From positions 43,173 to 75,172 of the forward strand of contig CAWFMJ010000027.1 in assembly GCA_963816715.1 (NCBI GenBank): a stretch of DNA of 32,000 nucleotides. Direction: 5' to 3'. Position numbers and translations under genes: made by a program. The first letter of the stretch is position 1. Each line of letters opens with the position of its first letter. Shown here piece by piece: positions 1-8,247 of this stretch. The DNA comes from an uncultured delta proteobacterium (GTDB lineage: Bacteria > Desulfobacterota > Syntrophorhabdia > Syntrophorhabdales > WCHB1-27). The notes beneath the pieces are model-generated. The model worked only from the letters and a program-made list of their open reading frames with translations. It had not been told where the DNA came from and searched no databases.

Positions 1-1
1 T

Positions 2-2551
2 GTGGCGGCGACCCAATCGCTCATGAACGACTTCTACGCACTCGCCCGTGTTCCCATGAGCATCACCGACGTGAGAGGAAAGGTGCTCGTCGGCGTCGGA
101 TGGCAGGACATCTGCACCCTCTTTCACCGCGTCCACCCGGAGACCCGGAGGCGATGCTTCGAGAGCGACACCGCGCTCACCGAGGGCATTCGCGCCGGTG
201 AGTTTCGCTTCTACAAGTGCGGGAACAACATGTGGGACGTCGCGACACCCATCATCGTGGACGGCAAACGCATGGGCAACATCTTTTCGGGCCAGTTCTT
301 CTTCGAGGGCGAACCGCTCGACTACGACCTCTTCCGCGCCCAGGCAAAGCAACATGGTTTCGATGAAAAAGCGTATATGGCCGCCCTCGAAGCCGTCCCC
401 CGGCTCGGCAGGGAATCCGTCAACGCGGCCATGTCATTTTTCGTGAAGCTCGCCCGGATGCTCTCGGAAGCAGGCCACAGCAACCTGAAGATTGCCCGGT
501 CGCTGGCCGAGCGCGATGCGCTCATGCGTTCCTTGCGCGAACAGGAGGAACAGCTCGCCCTCTTCGTCGAGCACGCGCCGGCTGCCATTGCCATGTTCGA
601 TAGAGAGATGCGGTATATTGCCGCCAGCAACAGGTGGCTTTCCGACCTGGGTATCGAGGGACGGGACATCCGCGGTTTGAATCACTATGAGGTGTTGCCC
701 GGATTGCCGGAACTGTACAGGGAGGCCGACAGCCGCGGCCTGTCGGGGGAGGTGGTGCGACTGGAAGAGAGCCCGTTCACCTGGCCCGACGGAAGGGCCG
801 GCTGGATCAGATGTGAAATGTACCCCTGGAGAAGAGCCGCGGGGGATGTGGGGGGCATCCTCTCATCCGTGGAGGACATCACCGGGCCCAAGCAGGAGCA
901 GGACGTGCAAAGGAGCGCACGCCAAGAGCTGGAGAGACGGGTCGGGGAGCGAACGAAAGAGCTGCGCAGGCAGGCACTCATAGCGGAAAGCGAGAGAGAC
1001 CGGCTGATGACGCTCCTCGACAGTATGACGGAAGGCGTGTGGCTTCTCGATAGGGACTACAAGGTCATGCTTGCCAACCCCGTCGCGAAGGAACAAACGA
1101 TGGAGGTCGGGCTCGATCCGGACGAGCCGGACGGAGCCCTCCTCTTGTCGGGGCTGGAGATAGCCACAGCCAACGGGAAAACTCTTGGCGTCGAACCATT
1201 CACCGACGTGCTCTCGGGCACGCCCATCTGCTCGCTGAAGTGCAGGGTCCGCAACAGAAAGGGCGGCGAGTTCTTCTACAGAAGAATTTCGGCGAACCCT
1301 ATTGTCGACGCCGGGAAGAGAACCGTGGGCATGGTGCTGGCCGTACAGGACATTACCGCGGAGGTCCGGGCGGGACAGGAGAAGGCTTATCTGGAGGAGC
1401 AGCTCCATCAGTCTCAGAAAATGGAGGCTATCGGCACCCTTGCGGGCGGGATAGCCCACGACTTCAATAACATGCTTGCCGTGATCGTCGGCAACGCCGA
1501 ATTGGCTCTTGACGGGCTCGACAATGCCCCCGGCACGAGAAGAAACGTCGAGCAGATAGTCAGCGCCTCCAAACGGGCTGCGGACCTGGTCAAGCAGATT
1601 CTCGCCTTTAGCAGGAAAGCAGAAGCGGGACGTAAGCCGCTCCGGTTGACGCCCCTCCTCGAGGAGACCTACAGGCTGCTCCGCTGCAGCCTGCCGAGCA
1701 CCGTACACATGCGCCTGGACGTGCACACCGAGTGGGACACCGTTATCGGCAACCCTTCCCAGATCCAGCAGGTGCTGATGAACCTGGCTACAAACGCGGC
1801 AGACGCGATGCAGGAGAAGGGCGGGAATCTATCGATCAGTCTCTCCGGCGCGAGGTTCACCGCGGCCGACCGGTTGCCGAACGCGGACGTCAAGCCCGGC
1901 GCGTATTTGAGACTGAGCGTCAAGGACACGGGCGCCGGCATGACGCGGGACGTGCAGGAGAGGATCTTCGAACCCTTCTTCACCACCAAAGAGCCGGGCA
2001 AGGGAACGGGGATGGGCCTCGCCGTCGTTTATGGCGCGGTCAAGGACCACGACGGCGCAATCACTGTGAAAAGCAAGCCGGGCAAGGGAACGACGTTCCA
2101 TGTCTTCCTGCCCCGTGCCGTCGAACGGGTCGTGGAGGAGCGGGAAGACATGGTTGAGACGCCCGGCGGGAGGGAGCGCATACTCCTCGTTGACGACGAG
2201 CCCGTACTCCTCGACACGATGTCGCTCATGCTCGCGCGTTTGGGGTACCAGGTGACGACCGCGCAGAGCGGAACCGAGGCGTGGGACATCTTCAGGGGAG
2301 AACCGGATGCCTTCGACCTTGTCGTCACGGACCAGACCATGCCCGATCTCACCGGCATGAGCCTAGCCGAAAACATGCGAGGGGTGAGAAAGGACCTGCC
2401 CGTCCTCTTGATTACGGGCTACAGCGAGTCCGTCTCTCCGGAAAAAGTAAAGGCGGCGGGCATTGGCGAATTCATCATGAAGCCCGTCGTGAAGCAGGAG
2501 ATGGCGCGGGCCGTCCGGAGGATGCTGAAGAAGAGCGACGGGAGGGAATAA
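2..2551 (+). CDS. Hybrid sensor histidine kinase/response regulator: PocR-like sensory domain, PAS domains, HisKA, HATPase_c, C-terminal receiver (5' end may lie outside the window)
   Basis: N-terminal PocR-like region ([38 protein letters not shown]...[28 protein letters not shown]), PAS motifs, HisKA H-box [18 protein letters not shown], kinase ATP-binding motifs ([27 protein letters not shown]), receiver RILLVDDEP...VVTDQTMPD... Confidence 0.93.
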   Translation: MAATQSLMNDFYALARVPMSITDVRGKVLVGVGWQDICTLFHRVHPETRRRCFESDTALTEGIRAGEFRFYKCGNNMWDVATPIIVDGKRMGNIFSGQFFFEGEPLDYDLFRAQAKQHGFDEKAYMAALEAVPRLGRESVNAAMSFFVKLARMLSEAGHSNLKIARSLAERDALMRSLREQEEQLALFVEHAPAAIAMFDREMRYIAASNRWLSDLGIEGRDIRGLNHYEVLPGLPELYREADSRGLSGEVVRLEESPFTWPDGRAGWIRCEMYPWRRAAGDVGGILSSVEDITGPKQEQDVQRSARQELERRVGERTKELRRQALIAESERDRLMTLLDSMTEGVWLLDRDYKVMLANPVAKEQTMEVGLDPDEPDGALLLSGLEIATANGKTLGVEPFTDVLSGTPICSLKCRVRNRKGGEFFYRRISANPIVDAGKRTVGMVLAVQDITAEVRAGQEKAYLEEQLHQSQKMEAIGTLAGGIAHDFNNMLAVIVGNAELALDGLDNAPGTRRNVEQIVSASKRAADLVKQILAFSRKAEAGRKPLRLTPLLEETYRLLRCSLPSTVHMRLDVHTEWDTVIGNPSQIQQVLMNLATNAADAMQEKGGNLSISLSGARFTAADRLPNADVKPGAYLRLSVKDTGAGMTRDVQERIFEPFFTTKEPGKGTGMGLAVVYGAVKDHDGAITVKSKPGKGTTFHVFLPRAVERVVEEREDMVETPGGRERILLVDDEPVLLDTMSLMLARLGYQVTTAQSGTEAWDIFRGEPDAFDLVVTDQTMPDLTGMSLAENMRGVRKDLPVLLITGYSESVSPEKVKAAGIGEFIMKPVVKQEMARAVRRMLKKSDGRE

Positions 2552-2629
2552 CGCCGGATAGGCCGGGTCATCATGGCAACGAACGCCCAACGCCTCCCGC
2601 CCCCGAGAAAGAAAAAAGAAACGAGAGAG

Positions 2630-3790
2630 CTACAGCCTGAGAAAGCCGTCGGGGAAGACGCTCGTGGCGAGCATTACCATGTTGATATCTCGATGGGCCC
2701 CCCACCCCTCTCCCTGCCGATGCTCAGGCTCAACCCAAAACCCCTCGATCGTCTCCGCCAGCGCCTCGTACGGCCGCAGCGCCGCAATGCGGACCTCTAC
2801 GTCGTCTTCCCCCTGAAACAAGCCCGGGTTCCTCGCGACCACGTCCGACAGCCGGCTGAGCGCATGCAGTCCGATGGATAAACCCAATTCGCGGAAGGCC
2901 AGGCGATCGTCGGCCGGCAATTTCAACAAACCCCGGTCAAGCGCCTCGAGACCGATGAAAGAACCTTCCAGCATGCCGGCAAGCAGGCCGGGTTGCGACA
3001 AGTCCCCCGACGCCGTCAACTGGGCCGCGCGATAGGCGTCGGACAGCAGCCCGCCTATGCCGAGAGGATCGTCGGTTATCCAGCTCCTCCCTTTGCACAT
3101 GGCCGCCATATCGGCGATTTCCGTTTCCAGACCCCTCTGCCCTTCCGGGTTTTTCGCCGCCGTGGCGGCCAATTGCGCATAGGTGATCAAACCGTCGAGA
3201 GGGTCATGGAGGCCCATGGAACGGACCAGGGGGTAAGAAAGGTCCGTGCTCATCTTCCAGTACATCCGCTTCTCCCTGCCGCCGCCCGGCTCGTAGACGA
3301 ACCGAGCGTGGATAGCACGCGCCAGTTCCACGGCCCAGCGGTTGTAGGCCAGCTCTCCGGTTGCCCGCGCGACGCGGTTCAGGGCGTGCATCCATTTTGT
3401 CAGGTAATGAAAATACTGGCCGTCCCTGTCCCATTCTATGCGCTCGTCGAGGGGCTCGGTGGCTTTTCGCTCCCTCAACTGTTTGCCTATCCTTAGGCCC
3501 CCCGCCGTCGGATGAAGCCTGGCTTCCGCTTCCTCGAGCCCGCTGATCCAGCCGGTTCTCGTCTCGCCCTTTCGGTAGCGTCCGAGCGTCTCATGCACCT
3601 GGGAGACGAGCTGCAGCGCCAGTTCCTTGCACTTCTCATCGCCGCTTTCCTCGTAAAGGCCCAGGAAGTTACAGGCGGCGAAAGCGTCAGTCCACAGGTA
3701 TCGTTGAGGCGCGCCGCTTCCCGGCGCAAGACCGGTAAGACCGGCAAACTCCTTCATGATCTCGCTGGCAAACAAACCGTCCTCTCTCAC
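2630..3790 (-). CDS. Hypothetical protein, Trp/His-rich helical, possibly an alpha/alpha-toroid (six-hairpin glycosidase-like) fold
   Basis: Long uninterrupted ORF of 386 aa, with repeated helical blocks such as LTKWMHALNRVARATGELAYNRWAVELARAIHARFV. The fold is inferred from pattern only. Confidence 0.75.
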   Translation of the reverse strand: MREDGLFASEIMKEFAGLTGLAPGSGAPQRYLWTDAFAACNFLGLYEESGDEKCKELALQLVSQVHETLGRYRKGETRTGWISGLEEAEARLHPTAGGLRIGKQLRERKATEPLDERIEWDRDGQYFHYLTKWMHALNRVARATGELAYNRWAVELARAIHARFVYEPGGGREKRMYWKMSTDLSYPLVRSMGLHDPLDGLITYAQLAATAAKNPEGQRGLETEIADMAAMCKGRSWITDDPLGIGGLLSDAYRAAQLTASGDLSQPGLLAGMLEGSFIGLEALDRGLLKLPADDRLAFRELGLSIGLHALSRLSDVVARNPGLFQGEDDVEVRIAALRPYEALAETIEGFWVEPEHRQGEGWGAHRDINMVMLATSVFPDGFLRL

Positions 3791-4180
3791 CTTAGCCCCT
3801 CTCTCCCTCGATCTTGTTTACTTTAGCCGCCAATGACGTCCGTCGTCAATCTGTTTGTTGCGGCGCGCCGTCTTTCCGCCCGCTGATTCACTCTATTTCA
3901 TGAAAATACCAAAGGGAAGAAAAAAATGCAAAGATCCGCGCATGCTCGGGCAGGCCCACAGAATGTGCTCCCCTAGCCCGCTAAGAAGACCTTCAGAAGA
4001 AAACAAAGAACGAGAATTCTGTTGACCTTCACCGGGGCAGGGTGTCAGAATAGGTTGAGCATCCAGTAAGAGAAACCCTGCTAAACATGACAAAAACGAA
4101 GGAAGACCCATAAATGTTGATCTTAAATAGCCGGGGCGAAGAGCCTACAACTTCGCTCTATGGCAATTGGAGGAGACGAG

Positions 4181-6874
4181 ATGGATCGCAAGCCTATCGA
4201 TTTGAAGGATGGAAAACGCACCCTGAAGTCCGCCAGCCTCATGGGGCCTTTGAGCGGGCCGCCCGTTGCCGTCTATTCGGACGGCAAAAAGATCACCCGC
4301 ATACGGCCCTATCATTACGACGAGGACGGTCGCAACCTGGAGGCGCTGAACCCGTGGAAGATCGAGGCGCGGGGAAAGACGTTCTCTGCCCCCACGCACA
4401 CGGTGCCCTCGCCGTTCTTTCTTGCCTACAAAGGGCGCGTCTACTCGAAGAACCGGGTATCCTACCCCCTCAAAAGGGTCGACTGGGACCCTAAAGGCGA
4501 GAGAAATCCGCAGAACCGCGGCAAGAGCGGCTATGTCCGCATCTCCTGGGACGAAGCGGCCCAGCTCATCGCTGACGAGTTGCTTCGGGTCAAAGAGCAA
4601 TACGGCATGTCTGCGGTCCTCTCCGAAGCCGACATGCACGGCGAAGGCAAGCATATTGCGCCTTCCCACGGCGCAGCCAACCGTCTTTTCTCCCTTCTCG
4701 GCGGCTACACCATACAGATGCGCAACATGGACAGTTGGGAAGGCTATTCCTGGGGTTCCAAAAACGTCTGGGGCGGCGAGCCGGTCGGCGAAATGCAGCC
4801 CTCGGGCAACCTCTATCCCGATATTGCCAAGAACTCCGAGCTGTTGCTCTTCTGGGGCTGCGACCCCGAGACGACGCCCCTCGGGGTGGACGGCATGATG
4901 GCAAGCCGCCTGTGCTACTGGCTCACTGAGCTGGGAATCAAATGCGTCTACGTGGACCCCGCCCTCAACTACGGCGCCGCCGTCCACGGGGACAAGTGGA
5001 TACCGGTGAAGCCCAATACCGATGCCGCCCTCTACCTTGCCATCGCGTACACGTGGCTCAGCGAAGGGACGTACGACAAGGAGTACGTCAAAACGCACGT
5101 CGTCGGCGCAGAGCCCTTCTTCGACTACGTGCTCGGCAAAGAAGACGGCGTGCCCAAAACGCCGGCGTGGGCTACCGAAAAATGCGGCGTTCCCGAATGG
5201 ACCATCAAAGCCCTGGCCAGGGACTGGGCCAACAAGGTCACGAGCATCTGCATCGGCAACGGCGGACCCGGCCTGCGAGGTCCCTACGGCACGGAGCCGG
5301 CCCGTCTCCAGTCTATCCTGTTGGGCATGCAGGGCCTGGGCAAACCGGGCAGGCACCAAGCCAAGATGCTCGAATGGAACTGTCATTCCGCCATATTCCC
5401 TCTGCCTTACCAAGGCAAGGGCGTCCCCATTTTCCCGAACAGGGGCGAGATCGTGCGCCCGCCGAAGGCATACCAGCGCTGCGGCTTCGAGGTCATGGCA
5501 GATGCGATGGCGATACCGGAAATCGCCAAACTGCTCGAATGGAAGGAGCCGCCGGCGCAGTCGATACCCAAGTGCCGCATTCACGACGCCATCCTCAACG
5601 ATTCCATCACCTGGTGGGGCCTTCGCTCGTTCTGCGGCCCCGCTCACGAGCAGTGGGTGGAGCATAAGTTCCCCGACGACGGCTGCTCGCGCATCCACAT
5701 GGTCTGGTCCGACTCTCCCTGCATGACCACCTGTTGGAACGACGGCTTCCGCTTCGTCGAAGCCATGCAGAGCCCCGATATCGAATGCTTCGTGGTGCAA
5801 CACCCGTGGCTGGAGAACGACTGCTACCTGGCCGACATCATCCTGCCCGTCGCAACGAAGCATGAGCTGAGCGACATCTCGGACGACACGAACGGCGGCA
5901 TTTTCACCTCGGTCTACCGGGAGACTCCTGCCTGCCCGCCCGTTGGAGAGTCGGTTTCCGACTATGAAGCAGTGGCGAGGGTCTGCAAGAAGATCGGCGA
6001 AAAGCTCGGCGATGAGATCTACCAGCAATTCACCGGCAACGACATGTCCGACGAGAAGTGCATTGATCTGTTCTGGCAGGGCTGCGGCGTGACGCACCTC
6101 GACACGGAGAAGCACTTCGAAAAGGAAGGCATTTTCGTCATCCCCTGCGACCCCGACATCCAGAAGCACCCGCCCGGATTGAGCGAATTCGCCAACGATC
6201 CGGAGAAACATCCCCTCTCCACGCCGACGGGGAAACTCGAATTCACGGCCACGGGCATTCTGGAGCATTTCCCGAACGATCCCGAGCGCCCGCCCTATCC
6301 CAAGTGGGTAGAGCAGGGCGAATCGCACGACGAGCGGGTGAGCGGCGACCGGGCCGGCAAGTATCCGCTGCTTTGCATGTCAAACCACGGCAGATGGCGC
6401 ATGCACGCACAGTGCGACGATATCGTCTGGAACCGCGAACTTGGCGCCATGAAAGTCCGCGGCAAAGACGGCTATCAGTACGAGCCAATCTGGATGCACG
6501 CATCCACGGCTGCCGAGCGCGGCATCAAACACGGCGACATCGTCAAGATCTTCAACGACCGGGGTACTGTCCTCGGCGGCGCCTACGTCACCGAGCGGGT
6601 CATTCCCGGCGTCGCTTACATGGACCACGGCTCGCGCTTCGACCCCATCGATACCAAGGCCATCGACCGGGGCGGCGCCATCAACCTGATCACCCCTCAT
6701 TCGAACACCTCGAAGCACGTCACCGGCATGGCCGTTTCGGGCTTCCTGGTGGAGGTGCAGAAGGTAACGGACGAAGAGATGGACGGCTGGAAGAAGCAAT
6801 ACCCCGAGGCCTTCGCGCGCAAGATAGACAAAGCCTGCGGCGTCTGTCTCGACGGCTGGCTCATCAACAACTAG
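4181..6874 (+). CDS. Molybdopterin oxidoreductase (DMSO reductase superfamily), pyrogallol-phloroglucinol transhydroxylase large-subunit-like
   Basis: Start revised from 4160 to the ATG at 4181, preceded by GGAGGAGA. Motifs WKIEARGKTF, SWEGYSWGSKNVWG, WGCDPETTPLG, DVILP-type NDCYLADIILPVATKHE and C-terminal NDRGTVLGGAYVTERVIPG match the transhydroxylase large subunit as recalled. No N-terminal Cys cluster for a 4Fe-4S centre. Confidence 0.85.
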   Translation: MDRKPIDLKDGKRTLKSASLMGPLSGPPVAVYSDGKKITRIRPYHYDEDGRNLEALNPWKIEARGKTFSAPTHTVPSPFFLAYKGRVYSKNRVSYPLKRVDWDPKGERNPQNRGKSGYVRISWDEAAQLIADELLRVKEQYGMSAVLSEADMHGEGKHIAPSHGAANRLFSLLGGYTIQMRNMDSWEGYSWGSKNVWGGEPVGEMQPSGNLYPDIAKNSELLLFWGCDPETTPLGVDGMMASRLCYWLTELGIKCVYVDPALNYGAAVHGDKWIPVKPNTDAALYLAIAYTWLSEGTYDKEYVKTHVVGAEPFFDYVLGKEDGVPKTPAWATEKCGVPEWTIKALARDWANKVTSICIGNGGPGLRGPYGTEPARLQSILLGMQGLGKPGRHQAKMLEWNCHSAIFPLPYQGKGVPIFPNRGEIVRPPKAYQRCGFEVMADAMAIPEIAKLLEWKEPPAQSIPKCRIHDAILNDSITWWGLRSFCGPAHEQWVEHKFPDDGCSRIHMVWSDSPCMTTCWNDGFRFVEAMQSPDIECFVVQHPWLENDCYLADIILPVATKHELSDISDDTNGGIFTSVYRETPACPPVGESVSDYEAVARVCKKIGEKLGDEIYQQFTGNDMSDEKCIDLFWQGCGVTHLDTEKHFEKEGIFVIPCDPDIQKHPPGLSEFANDPEKHPLSTPTGKLEFTATGILEHFPNDPERPPYPKWVEQGESHDERVSGDRAGKYPLLCMSNHGRWRMHAQCDDIVWNRELGAMKVRGKDGYQYEPIWMHASTAAERGIKHGDIVKIFNDRGTVLGGAYVTERVIPGVAYMDHGSRFDPIDTKAIDRGGAINLITPHSNTSKHVTGMAVSGFLVEVQKVTDEEMDGWKKQYPEAFARKIDKACGVCLDGWLINN

Positions 6875-6876
6875 GC

Positions 6877-6918
6877 ACGGGAGGACGGCCAACGTCCTCC
6901 CGTCTTTCTTTTTCTTTC
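6877..6918 (+). terminator. Intrinsic transcription terminator after the molybdoenzyme gene
   Basis: Perfect 11-bp stem ACGGGAGGACG (6877-6887), loop GCCAA, CGTCCTCCCGT (6893-6903), followed by CTTTCTTTTTCTTTC. Begins 2 nt after the stop codon. Confidence 0.88.
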
Positions 6919-6942
6919 GGCGGGAGGCGCCGGGCTAGGCGA

Positions 6943-6976
6943 TCCGGGATCGAGTTCAACCATGATCGATCCCGGA
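6943..6976 (+). repeat. 34-nt hairpin repeat, copy 1 (REP-like)
   Basis: TCCGGGATCGA-N12-TCGATCCCGGA, perfect 11-bp stem. Its reverse complement matches copy 2 at 33/34 positions. Confidence 0.8.
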
Positions 6977-7230
6977 AGTGGGCCATCATGGGTAAATTGT
7001 TCCGTTGGTCTTACCCGATGCCTGTATGTTCCGTCTACCGGGTAGGAACGGGACCTTCTTATGGCGCTAAAAGCTCCTGGGATTCCGGTTCCCCTATTGC
7101 AAGCTTCGCAGGCGCGGCGGCCGGGGCTCAACGCGCCCGTCGGCGAAACCACAACCGAGCACCCCTCTGACTCTCATCCGATGAAGGCCGGCGGCGCTAT
7201 CGCCGGCCTCCCGCTGACAAACTGGTACAT

Positions 7231-7264
7231 TCCGGGATCGATCATGGTAGAACTCGATCCCGGA
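7231..7264 (-). repeat. 34-nt hairpin repeat, copy 2 (inverted relative to copy 1)
   Basis: TCCGGGATCGATCATGGTAGAACTCGATCCCGGA, compared with the reverse complement of copy 1, TCCGGGATCGATCATGGTTGAACTCGATCCCGGA. Confidence 0.8.
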
Positions 7265-7270
7265 CGTCCC

Positions 7271-7405
7271 GGACTGCGGCTTGGTTGAAATCGTGAGGTC
7301 GGGATGCAATCTGAGCCTCGTAGCCCGCAGGCGTACTGAATGTACGACGGAGGGCACGGGGCGAAGAGGGCGCCCGAGATCGCGATTTCAACCAAGCCGC
7401 AGTCC
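7271..7405. repeat. 135-nt element bounded by a 23-nt perfect inverted repeat
   Basis: GGACTGCGGCTTGGTTGAAATCG (7271-7293) is the exact reverse complement of CGATTTCAACCAAGCCGCAGTCC (7383-7405). The interior is partly self-complementary (TCGGG/CCCGA; CGTAC-TGAAT-GTACG at the centre). Confidence 0.85.
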
Positions 7406-7462
7406 ATCCGACCACACGCCGAACAAAAGAAAAAAAGAGAAGAGAAAAGGAGGAACGCTTGA

Positions 7463-8158
7463 TTACGGGCGGTACTGTTCCAGATAGTCTTCGATATACT
7501 CCCTGACCCGTTCTTTCGTCCGATAGACCCCGAAGTGGCCTTCGCACAGGATGTCGGCCTCCAGGTCGATCAGCGTTTCCATGGAGCGCCGCCAGATGCC
7601 GAGGTCCGCGCCGAATTGGGGAAGAAAGGGGCCATGGATGTCTTGGCCGAAAAGCACCCGCTCTTCGCCCCGGTCTCCGTAAACGGAGAGAGAGCCGGGG
7701 GTGTGGCCGGGCGTGTGGAGGCAAACGAGACTCCATCCGTCGCGGAAGCTCAGCGTCTCTTTCGCCGCCTCGAGCTTCACGTCCACGGATACCGGCGCCA
7801 GATGCAACCCATACAAGGAAGCGCCCGTTTTCACCGGATCAGCCATCTCAACAGCGGCGGCATCGAGGGCGTGCATGATGACCCTGACCCCGAACCGTTC
7901 CTTCAGATAACTCGCCCCTCCTACGTGGTCGATGTGGCAATGGGTAAGGATGAGCGTGGAAAGGCGGGCCGGATCGAGGCCGAGAAGCTCGATGTTCATC
8001 ACGATCCGGGCCGTATTCGCGCCGGCCCCGCTGTCGACGAGGATGAGCTCTCCCGCGTCCACAAGGTAGACGGAACAGTCCTTCTCGTCGGTCAAATCGG
8101 AGCTGCCGACCAGATAAACGCCGTTTGCTACTTTTTCGGGATGCAGAGCATGGCGCAT
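7463..8158 (-). CDS. MBL-fold metallo-hydrolase
   Basis: LVDSGAG, metal-binding motif THCHIDHVGG, HTPGHTPGSLSVY, GQDIHGPF, EGHFG. Confidence 0.93.
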   Translation of the reverse strand: MRHALHPEKVANGVYLVGSSDLTDEKDCSVYLVDAGELILVDSGAGANTARIVMNIELLGLDPARLSTLILTHCHIDHVGGASYLKERFGVRVIMHALDAAAVEMADPVKTGASLYGLHLAPVSVDVKLEAAKETLSFRDGWSLVCLHTPGHTPGSLSVYGDRGEERVLFGQDIHGPFLPQFGADLGIWRRSMETLIDLEADILCEGHFGVYRTKERVREYIEDYLEQYRP

Positions 8159-8247
8159 GCCTCATCCTACCACGCTGCCCTTCGCTGAAGCAACTGAAGT
8201 CGTTCAAAAGACATGCCCGGAAAACCGGCCCGCGCTATCCTGGCCGC

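Noticed and set aside
863-1726. 287-aa ORF antisense to the histidine kinase
   Set aside because: Complementary to conserved HisKA/PAS coding sequence; high-GC shadow ORF.
4145-6328. 727-aa ORF antisense to the molybdoenzyme gene
   Set aside because: It lies fully antisense to a gene with clear family motifs. Its composition is that of a shadow ORF in GC-rich DNA, with no recognisable domain.
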